From assembly GCA_039030515.1 (NCBI GenBank), contig JBCCEA010000044.1:1-31179 (forward strand): 31,179 nucleotides of DNA. The letters run 5' to 3'. This DNA is from Myxococcota bacterium. Lineage in GTDB: Bacteria; Myxococcota_A; Polyangia; Polyangiales; Houyiibacteriaceae. This document shows, piece by piece, positions 20,085 to 27,886 of the stretch. The notes below the pieces were generated by a model that was not told where the DNA came from, searched no databases, and saw only the letters and a list, made by a program, of their open reading frames with translations. Made by a program: the position numbers and the translations under genes. Each line of letters starts with the position of its first letter. The first letter of the stretch is position 1.

Positions 20085-21320
20085 ATGAGCTGGATTCGAG
20101 CGAAAGCAAAGCGGGAGATCGCCCGTATCGAAGAGGCGAAATCCCAGCAGGTCTACCCTTACTTCAGGGCTTTCGAAACGGGCGGGCTTCACACCCGTAT
20201 CGAGGGAAAGCCTGTAGTCAATTTCAGTTCGAACGATTATCTCGGACTCACGAATCATCCCAAGGTCAAAGAAGCTGCCCGAAAGGCCGTCGATGAGTTT
20301 GCCTGTGGGTTGAGCTCGTCACGGGTTCAGGCGACGACCACGGCGCATGTAGAACTTGAGCAGCGACTTGCGGATTGGTTTGGTTTTGAGAGCTGTTTGG
20401 TGTTTACCACGGGCTATCAGGCCATGCTCGGTGCGGTGATGGCGCTCGCCGACAAAGACACCACCCTCATCCTCGATAACCTAAGCCACGCCTGCATGCT
20501 CGACGGGACGTTTTTGGCGGCAGGCACCCCGCTTCGGCAGCCTGAGGTGCGATTTTTCAACCACAACAGCGCCCGGAGTCTTGCCCGGTGTTTGAAGACT
20601 AGGGAACGCACCAATGCACTCGTGATGGTCGAGGGGATCTATTCGCTCGATGGGGACGAAGCCAATCTCGAAGAGTTCGTCAACGTGGTCAAAGATTTTG
20701 AAAATACCGTGATCCTTTGCGACGACGCTCACGGCACCGGAACCTTAGGAACAGGCGGTCGCGGCATCATCGAAAAATATGGGCTGGAAGGTGAGGTGCC
20801 GGTGGTTGTCAGCACCTTTAGCAAGACCTTCGGAGGCATCGGAGGCATCCTTTTGGGGGAGCGGGATGTCATAGACCATGTGAAGCATTACGCGCGCTCT
20901 TTCCTATTCAGTGCTTCGCTACCGGTGCCGATCGTGGCGGCCGCCGGAACGATACTCACGATGCTGGAGGACGAAGGTGAGGCGATGGTGGCGGAGCTTC
21001 ATGAGAAGACGGCCTACATGCGTCGCGGACTTGATGAAATCGGCTTCGACACGGGCAAGAGCAATACCCACATCATGCCTTTAATGTGTCGAGACGAACG
21101 CAAAACGCTGTTCATGCATATCGGCTTGCTGGAGAGCGGCATTCTGATGATTCCTATTACCTATCCTGGCGTCAAACGAGGAGAGGAGCGTCTGAGGTTG
21201 AACGTGACCCGAGGACACTCCCGGGAAGATATGGATAGAGCACTTGAAGCGCTATCGATGTACGGAGAATCATTCTTCGTGCTCAGTGGAGAGCCCCTGG
21301 AGTTAGAAGTAGGAGCTTAG
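20085..21320 (+). CDS. PLP-dependent alpha-oxoamine synthase, serine palmitoyltransferase-like (BioF/Kbl/SPT family)
   Basis: VYPYFR, SSNDYLGLTNHPKV, TGYQAM, SHAC, EGIYSLDGD, DDAHG, TFSKTFG (PLP Lys), RLRLNV. Confidence 0.88.
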   Translation: MSWIRAKAKREIARIEEAKSQQVYPYFRAFETGGLHTRIEGKPVVNFSSNDYLGLTNHPKVKEAARKAVDEFACGLSSSRVQATTTAHVELEQRLADWFGFESCLVFTTGYQAMLGAVMALADKDTTLILDNLSHACMLDGTFLAAGTPLRQPEVRFFNHNSARSLARCLKTRERTNALVMVEGIYSLDGDEANLEEFVNVVKDFENTVILCDDAHGTGTLGTGGRGIIEKYGLEGEVPVVVSTFSKTFGGIGGILLGERDVIDHVKHYARSFLFSASLPVPIVAAAGTILTMLEDEGEAMVAELHEKTAYMRRGLDEIGFDTGKSNTHIMPLMCRDERKTLFMHIGLLESGILMIPITYPGVKRGEERLRLNVTRGHSREDMDRALEALSMYGESFFVLSGEPLELEVGA

Positions 21321-21380
21321 CAGTCGGCGAGGTGGCGGCAGTTTCGCAGGAAACGAAGCGCGCCATCCGATTTACTGAGA

Positions 21381-21503
21381 GAGTTCGGGGTTGAGCCGAT
21401 CTGCGCCGTATTGCCGATCATCCCGTCGACGTATGATGAGCACCATGCCCGCGGTCTTGACCCTAAGCGCCGCCCGGCCCGCGCGAAGGACGACGAGCAG
21501 CTG
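21381..21503 (+). mobile_element. IS3-family (IS51/IS629-like) transposase OrfB N-terminal remnant
   Basis: Translates FGVEPICAVLPIIPSTYDEHHARGLDPKRRPARAKDDEQL, matching the YGVEPICxVLPIAPSTYY start of IS3-family OrfB. Confidence 0.8.
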
Positions 21504-21612
21504 CCCCTCACCGGTTCAACAGGATAGACGCAGTAACAGACAGACTTGCTTTGCAGTCTGAAGAGCGCATCGACTGCGAGAGCTCTCTGGATGCCGCACC
21601 TTGTACTAAGGT

Positions 21613-22233
21613 ATGAAACGTACAAACGGAGTCCACGACCCACCCAGCCGGCAAGCCCGACCGGCAGTTGGCAGACAAGCTAGACTGCCGGAGGATATCG
21701 TTACCAAAGCACTCCATTTCTTCGATACCGATGATCCCGTGATCTTCAATCGAGCATCGAGGCATCATTTCAACCGTAAACCGCGACTGGTGGGAGTGTT
21801 AAGAGAGCGTGAGACGTTCCCTGCGTTCCTTAGGTTCTTGGTCTCCGCAGCGTTTTCTCTTGATAGCCAAAGCATTGCTACCATTTCGCCACACGGCAAG
21901 ATAACGACTTAGGACATCCGCCCACAAACAAGCTACAGCCAAAGAGTCGTTCGACAGGTGTGGGCAAGCGCTTCGATCCCGAGGTTGCAAAACGGTTCAG
22001 GACAACAAGTATCAACCGCCGCGTTTTCTCCGGACGGCTCCGAGGTCATCACTGGCTCGAGCGACGGCTTCGCCAGGATTTGGGACGTCCTCTCGGGAGA
22101 ACCTCTCTCTAACCTAACACACGACGTACCGATTGTCTCCGCGGCGTTTTCACCCAACGGCGAACGCATCGTCACTGTCACAGAGCGGTTAGGGGCTCAC
22201 GTGTGGGTTTACCATCCGCTCACCGAAAAGTAG
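21613..22233 (+). pseudogene. WD40-repeat protein pseudogene/fragment
   Basis: Three repeats in one frame (VSAAFSLDSQSIAT, VSTAAFSPDGSEVITGSSDGFARIWD, VSAAFSPNGERIVT); in-frame TAG at 21910-21912 sits where the W of a WD is expected. Confidence 0.75.
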
Positions 22234-22476
22234 TCACAGGCCGCGTCATTCCACGCCGTCAAAGAGGCAATGAAGTTGCAACTCCGGGTAAAATATCGTT
22301 TGGCCACGGCACGAGCAGGTAGACATGGTCTCAGCGATGATCAGCGGCCATGTATTTCGGTGCGTACTCCTCGAGAATGCGATCGAGTCGGGACTCCGGC
22401 GAACATAAGCAATCGGCAAGTCGCTCATGCGGCGCTGTGGGCTCCAAAAACGCAGCTTACCTTATCGGGTACACGG

Positions 22477-22562
22477 CCTACCTGACCAGGTACGGTGCGT
22501 AGAAATCGGATGCGCCTTTCACCTTTCGCCCACCTCCGCCCACCCGACCGGGTACGGTGCGT
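22477..22562. repeat. Pair of 24-bp imperfect direct repeats, each with an internal palindrome
   Basis: CCTACCTGACCAGGTACGGTGCGT (22477-22500) and CCCACCCGACCGGGTACGGTGCGT (22539-22562), 3 mismatches. Confidence 0.6.
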
Positions 22563-22564
22563 CC

Positions 22565-22846
22565 ACGATCGAGTCGTTATTGACGAATCGATAGGTAGCC
22601 TCCAACTCTGCGCTGCCGGACATCGATTTTGGGCCGCGTATTCCGTACGAGTGTCATGTTTTGCCGCATCCGAGGAAGCCGAGCCCCAAGGCGCGCATCA
22701 TCAAGGTCCGCCCCTTCAAACTCCTCGTGGATGCCTCCCACTAGCGGGCGATCTGAGTTGTCGTACGTAGAGATCCCGGCTTCTCCACCACGTCTCATAC
22801 TCCCCCCAAACACATCTATCCCCAAAAAGATGTGTAGGATCATGAG
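22565..22846 (-). mobile_element. IS4-family (IS50/Tn5-like) left end and frameshifted transposase N-terminal remnant
   Basis: EEFEGADLDDARLGARL then, after a frameshift, PKSMSGSAELEATYRFVNND; 19-bp end CTCATGATCCTACACATCT (22828-22846) is 12/19 identical to the Tn5 mosaic end. Confidence 0.75.
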
Positions 22847-22849
22847 ACA

Positions 22850-23192
22850 CAGTATCTATCGATTCCATTTGCTACGCCGATGGCTTCGTCCATGCCGACG
22901 TCAAGCCCCAGCGGGCAGCGTCGGAGACTCCTGTGATGACGCCATGGCTGAGATTATCATCGGCTCATACAATACTGAGGCCCTCTGTACACAGAGGCCT
23001 TGGCGCAGCGGCGGCGACGTCGAGATCGCCACCCTGTGTCGGGTCGATTGGTTCAATAAGCGACGACGAGTCGGACCCATCGGTTACGTCTCACCAACCG
23101 AGTTCGCGTCAGACTACTATGCAAAACAACAGAGCCCAGCCCTCCAGGTTGGACTCTCCCAACCGAGTCTCCGGCAAACTTGGAGCGACTTA
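22850..23192 (+). mobile_element. IS3-family transposase C-terminal remnant and degenerate right inverted repeat
   Basis: QYLSI, then after frameshifts GSVGDSCDDAMAEIIIGSYNTE...PWRSGGDVEIATLCRVDWFNKRR...IGYVSPTEFASDYY; end GTCTCCGGCAAACTTGGAGCGACTTA resembles an IS3 IRR. Confidence 0.85.
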
Positions 23193-23391
23193 AACCGTTC
23201 ACTACGGAGGTCGGGGGGGTACGCACCGAGCCGATGCCGTGACCGCTTCATATCCTCACCCCGAACTTACGATCGATCACGCGTTGCCATCGTACGGCAT
23301 ACGTTCAAAAGGTCCGTGACCGCTGGTCTATCAGCACCTGCAGCCGGATAAGTTTCTTTACTTGGCGAGCAGTTTCTGGAAGCGAGGTAGG

Positions 23392-24189
23392 CTATGGCGT
23401 ATCGAGTCTGTCGAAGGGATTCTCCTCTCCTCCAAGCAACGCCTCAAGCGAATGGGCAGCCTCGACTTGGCTGAGCTCCAAAACTAGAGGTCCGAGGCGA
23501 TGTTGGGTGGCCACGAGAGCCCCCGTGGAGAGCTCACGGTATCCCGCCCATGGAACTTCCAAACCGCCGATCGGCAAGACCGATACCCACATCCGGCAAG
23601 CCTTTGGGAGTCCACTGCGACCTAATATCCACAAGTAGCTATCGCCAGGAGTAAGTCCCCCTTCAGGGTAGGTCACAAGTAGGGCTTTCTGGTCTTTCAG
23701 ATGAACCAGGGATCTTCGCGCGCCCGGATCGAATAGCTTCGCGAGAGGATTGAGCCAGAACGAGTCATTAACGAACTGGCTGTACGCCGCGTTTACCTCG
23801 CGATTTCGAGCGTTGCCTTGAAGCTCCAAACCATTTGCGAATGCCAGGCTCCGTGATCGATCTTCGAGCGCGAGCAGTACCTCGACGTCGTCGCTTAGGA
23901 ACTGAACCTGCTGATTTTTTCGATCCCAAAGATGACGTCGCATTCCCGCGAAGGTCCAACGTACAGCCTTGGTCTCTTTCCAGCGGTCGACATGAACCGA
24001 GATCTCGATTTTGCGGCCAAGTCTATCGGCCTCAATACCCTCTAAGCCGCTCGGCAATGGTTGATCGATCCATAGCGCAAGCATCAAACAGGAGCAGTAC
24101 ATGGCCGTAAGGCCGATGAGGAGACGATAGAGAACGGTTCGACGTCGACTCCCCTTCGAGAGATGCCTGCTTCTCAACATCCCCTCCAA
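23392..24189 (-). CDS. Hypothetical protein with N-terminal TM anchor
   Basis: 265-aa ORF; N-terminal TM helix; motif-like segments FVNDSFWLNP, GGLTPGDSYLW, MWVSVLPIGG. Confidence 0.75.
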   Translation of the reverse strand: MEGMLRSRHLSKGSRRRTVLYRLLIGLTAMYCSCLMLALWIDQPLPSGLEGIEADRLGRKIEISVHVDRWKETKAVRWTFAGMRRHLWDRKNQQVQFLSDDVEVLLALEDRSRSLAFANGLELQGNARNREVNAAYSQFVNDSFWLNPLAKLFDPGARRSLVHLKDQKALLVTYPEGGLTPGDSYLWILGRSGLPKACRMWVSVLPIGGLEVPWAGYRELSTGALVATQHRLGPLVLELSQVEAAHSLEALLGGEENPFDRLDTP

Positions 24190-24484
24190 TACCTATTCCA
24201 TAGCCAGCGTGGAGTCGTAACGATTTTGATATACATGTTCCTCGCCTGTAAATAACCGTAGATATTTGGTTTTTCTGAGCGATCTTTGTTTTTTAAATTC
24301 GTAAATCTCGGACGAAATAACTCCTCGGTCCTGAGGAGCGTAGAAGGCTCGTATGCTTCGTCTTCGATTCGTCCGGCTTCCCATGTGCCAATCGCTTGGA
24401 TTGTCAGGTGATTCGACCAGTTCAAGTTGCCTCAATCTTTACCTCGCTCTTGATAGGGTGCACTTCAACTAGCATTCTTGGCAG

Positions 24485-25165
24485 ATGCTCCTCTTCGACA
24501 GATGCTTCAGGACCCCCAAGCACATAGTGCGCTACGTTCCACGACTTCTCTTACTCCGAGCACTACTGGTTCTTCTCACTCTCTCGTCTTTTACTCGATC
24601 TGCACGAGCGGATGCGATTCTCGTCGCTGTGGTAGAGTCTGAAGTTCCATCGGTTGATCCGATTGCCTTTCGAGACCGTTTGACCGAGGAAGTGGGCGGA
24701 CTGGTTGTGTCTCTCACGGATGTGCGAGCGTTAGAGGCCCAAGCTTCGCTTGCCCTGACTATCCTTGCGTCGGGTGTGTATCGAGTACACCTAAGAACAC
24801 TCTCCGGAGCGCAGACTTCGATTGGAGGTAGTGTGGCTCCTCAGAACATAGGTGACGGGGCTTTTTTGGTAGACGTCTGTCTTGAGATTTTCGACGAGTT
24901 CGCGTTGTTGCCGCTGGCCGATCTCCATCTCGCTGAGGTGCTTGATCCGTGGCGACGTCGAAGATGGTTGAATTCCGGTCGCTGGCTCCTCCACTCAGAG
25001 GTCATCGACCCCTTCCCGAACGTGCCACCCCGGAGGCGTTTGCCCCAAAGTCTCAGCGAGGTCCTTGATCCATGGTCAAGGGTTACACGTCGAACCTTAC
25101 CATCTGACCTCGACCCTTGGGCCAGTCGTCCAGATACCGCATTTAGACTCGGTGCACCTCGATAG
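24485..25165 (+). CDS. Hypothetical exported protein with C-terminal DPW/DPF repeats
   Basis: Signal-peptide-like segment ending ARA-D; repeats EVLDPW, EVIDPF, EVLDPW, DLDPW. Confidence 0.65.
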   Translation: MLLFDRCFRTPKHIVRYVPRLLLLRALLVLLTLSSFTRSARADAILVAVVESEVPSVDPIAFRDRLTEEVGGLVVSLTDVRALEAQASLALTILASGVYRVHLRTLSGAQTSIGGSVAPQNIGDGAFLVDVCLEIFDEFALLPLADLHLAEVLDPWRRRRWLNSGRWLLHSEVIDPFPNVPPRRRLPQSLSEVLDPWSRVTRRTLPSDLDPWASRPDTAFRLGAPR

Positions 25166-25315
25166 GACGAGCGGCGTAGTCCCTTGCGTTATTGAAATTT
25201 AAAACCGCCTTAAAGCAGACTGATAGAAAGAGAATCGCGCAGGAAGTGGTTGCATCACTGCAGGTGGTCGTGCCGCTCGCGGAGGTGATCCGGACCGACT
25301 CGGTCTTCGAGCGCG

Positions 25316-26464
25316 TCACCTATGACGAGGTCGTCGTCTGGATGCTCTCGATCTTTTGGTTCGCATTCTTGTGCTCCCGAAAAGTTCAAGTGCTTGCCTC
25401 CATAATGACTCCCTACCCGCAATAAAACCGTATGGATCGATCTCTATACCTCGCGTGGCCTCAATGACTCGAAAAGGCCGAGAGGGCATGTCCGGTTGAG
25501 ATATCCTCCCATCCTCGATAGTAATGTGCTCCTCAACCTGCATTGTCCCATCTGCGTAACTAAGAGAGGCGTTGAGTACAAAACTTCGAGCTCGGTTGCC
25601 TCCTACATGGATGGTCTCTACCTTATCGATATAAACGATGTCTGACTGAAGGCACTCTCCCGCTTGGTTGTATATTCCGCGACGCACCAGCCTCCCGTTT
25701 TGAGCCATGAGTAGACGAGCGTAGCGTTCACATGAAGCTCCCGATTCATTTCCAGCACAGGTGCCTCCCTCTGCTACCACCACCGTCCCATCTCTGAGTT
25801 CGCTCTCTGCGGTCGTATTGGATTCTTTGGAGGAATCGTTCTCTGGTGGTTCAAAGAGGCGGAGTAGCGCTCTTTCTGTTGGGAGCCGTAAAATGCCTAA
25901 GGCACGCACACCCCAACCTTGAGACCTGTTTTTGAACTGCGGAATCCATTGCACAAGTGCCACCGGCCCAAGTCCCTCGCCGTTTTCGTACCGGTGAGTG
26001 ATAACCCAAACCAAAAATCTGGAACCTGATAGTGCTTTAGTCACAACTGATATGTGCTCAGCAGCGGTAGGTTGACTCGTGTCTTGACTGGTATCGCAGG
26101 GCTCTCGCTCCCTAAGGTGAATCGATCTCCCATCACAGGTATGTAATAATCGATGGTTTACATGAGGATTTGCTCCATCGAAATCCAAAGGATGTGAGGC
26201 GAGATCTAGAGGTAGGCGAGTGTCCTCGGTAAGTAAGGACAACCATTCGCTGGCCGAAAGTGAGGCTTCTGAAGTCTCCGTATCCATGGGTGACCGAACA
26301 TGTTTTTCTTGCTCCGCGGATTTGAGATCATCTATCCAGTCAATAGAAGATGTAGAGAAGCAAACGATAGAAGGCCTCGGGTCGACTTTCGCACAGCCTC
26401 CAATTGCACAGAACAAGAATGCTGGGCAAAGAAACACTAAGTGCTTTTTTTGATGTGTTTTCAC
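25316..26464 (-). CDS. Hypothetical lipoprotein downstream of tssG
   Basis: 382-aa ORF; basic N-terminus, hydrophobic stretch and IGGC lipobox; beta-rich, several Cys. Confidence 0.7.
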   Translation of the reverse strand: MKTHQKKHLVFLCPAFLFCAIGGCAKVDPRPSIVCFSTSSIDWIDDLKSAEQEKHVRSPMDTETSEASLSASEWLSLLTEDTRLPLDLASHPLDFDGANPHVNHRLLHTCDGRSIHLREREPCDTSQDTSQPTAAEHISVVTKALSGSRFLVWVITHRYENGEGLGPVALVQWIPQFKNRSQGWGVRALGILRLPTERALLRLFEPPENDSSKESNTTAESELRDGTVVVAEGGTCAGNESGASCERYARLLMAQNGRLVRRGIYNQAGECLQSDIVYIDKVETIHVGGNRARSFVLNASLSYADGTMQVEEHITIEDGRISQPDMPSRPFRVIEATRGIEIDPYGFIAGRESLWRQALELFGSTRMRTKRSRASRRRPRHR

Positions 26465-26594
26465 TACAAGAGATTCTTGGGGTAATCTGATGTGTTATGG
26501 CTCTTTCGAATTATAGACTGTGTTTGGTTAACAATAAATCAATATATTGTGTCATTGACTATACCAAGGAGATTTGATTTTCTATCTGATCACA

Positions 26595-27647
26595 CTAAGA
26601 GTGGAATGTGGCCCTGCCTGGTACTCGGATTGTCTGATGCAGTGACTGATTCCTCGACTGAAGCCAGCATCTACCCAGAGTTCCCATCGAATCGCCTTGG
26701 CTAGACAGTTGCATGCGAAACAACGAATTGTCTGATATGAGAATATCTAAGTCCCATTCCATCCAGGGAGGACACAGAAGGTTTACAACAGCAGAAACCT
26801 GTTTGAAGCCAATTTTAGATGAAAAGAATTTTTTACAAATTGCAGTGTTCCGCGGAACTATCTTGACCACAAATCGTCCAGAAGGATTAAACACACTGTG
26901 GCCAATCAGGCAGCTTTCTCCCAAATTGTTTCCTGATTTTCCGAGACAAAATTGATCGCCAGGCTCCAGAGTTTCTCTGGTTCCCTGGAACTCAACGATC
27001 CTCACGCTTTCCGGCGACGCCACTAGTTCTGCGACACATAAATACAGGCATCTTTCTATAGACGCTTTACTAAATACGGAACCCACAAGAAGAGGAAGAA
27101 TACGAAGTAGAGCGGATCTATGCAGAGCTTCAGACTGAGCATGGTATTCGCTTCCAATCCCTGCCAAGCAAAGGGAGTAACGCATCCACATATCATTTCC
27201 ATCACTAGAATGCTCATTTTCGATTCTATATCGAGAAACCAATCGATACAGCAATGAGAGAGCTCGATGATGGAAAATATCCAGGAAATCGCGGCGAGCC
27301 GTATTCTCAGGAAGATCCTGCAATACTTCCTCGGCTAGGTAGCTAGGTAGCGGACTCGTTGAGCCACTTAGTCCGAGAAAGGTGGTAACGATATCACACC
27401 TTAACTCCGAGTCCTCAGACGAATCCTCAGACCTAGTCCTATATACATTACGAATATCACTAGCGTGAAAACCCATCGAGGGATGATGTCGAAGTCGTAA
27501 TGCCTCCTCGCATGGTGACTCCGAACCTCCTATTCGAGAAGCGTGAGGAGTCAGACGCTCCAATAGTCCGACGAGATGAAAGAAAGACAATCGATGAGGA
27601 TGATCTTCGATCCAGTCAAGCAGTTCCTCTCTGGTTTTTTGTGGCAA
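26595..27647 (-). CDS. tssG: Type VI secretion baseplate subunit TssG
   Basis: FFHLVGLLERL, PSMGFHASDI, TFLGLSGSTSPLPSY, FLDIFHHR, LGESCLIG; follows tssF. Confidence 0.93.
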   Translation of the reverse strand: MPQKTREELLDWIEDHPHRLSFFHLVGLLERLTPHASRIGGSESPCEEALRLRHHPSMGFHASDIRNVYRTRSEDSSEDSELRCDIVTTFLGLSGSTSPLPSYLAEEVLQDLPENTARRDFLDIFHHRALSLLYRLVSRYRIENEHSSDGNDMWMRYSLCLAGIGSEYHAQSEALHRSALLRILPLLVGSVFSKASIERCLYLCVAELVASPESVRIVEFQGTRETLEPGDQFCLGKSGNNLGESCLIGHSVFNPSGRFVVKIVPRNTAICKKFFSSKIGFKQVSAVVNLLCPPWMEWDLDILISDNSLFRMQLSSQGDSMGTLGRCWLQSRNQSLHQTIRVPGRATFHS

Positions 27648-27886
27648 GTTGTATTCCTATGGATTGATATGAAACACCACGCGTGAATGGTTGACGTATT
27701 CTTATCGTTGTACCTTCAAATCGGATTATGATCATATCGAACAACACCGCTGCAGTAGTTGAACATCAATGAAAGCTTTCGTTAGAAGAATAAGATATTG
27801 ATATAGTAATTACGCAAGATTGGAAAGAAATGGTACGCCTTGCGCATTACTCGTGTCAACCGCTGTAGTCACTCGAGAGTTAACTG

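Noticed and set aside
13387..21320. Canonical biotin operon (bioB + bioF)
   Set aside because: No bioA, bioD or bioC in the window, the genes are 6 kb apart, the synthase looks SPT-like, and no BirA-type operator was seen upstream of bioB
22477..22562. Mini-CRISPR (24-bp repeat, 38-bp spacer)
   Set aside because: Only two imperfect copies, none at the next expected positions, and no cas genes
22828..22846. Nextera/Tn5 adapter contamination
   Set aside because: Only 12/19 identical to the mosaic end and correctly placed upstream of an IS4-type transposase remnant, so more likely natural
22629..23351. 240-aa ORF as an intact gene
   Set aside because: Chance fusion of antisense IS4 sequence, a decayed IS3 C-terminus and sequence beyond the IS end
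24174..24435. Two small overlapping minus-strand ORFs (80-83 aa)
   Set aside because: Lie in an AT-rich divergent intergenic region with no motifs; more likely promoter DNA
27830..27844. Sigma-54-like GG-N10-GC (TGGTACGCCTTGCGC) in the tssF-tssG spacer
   Set aside because: On the strand antisense to the T6SS genes, with a poor -12 element
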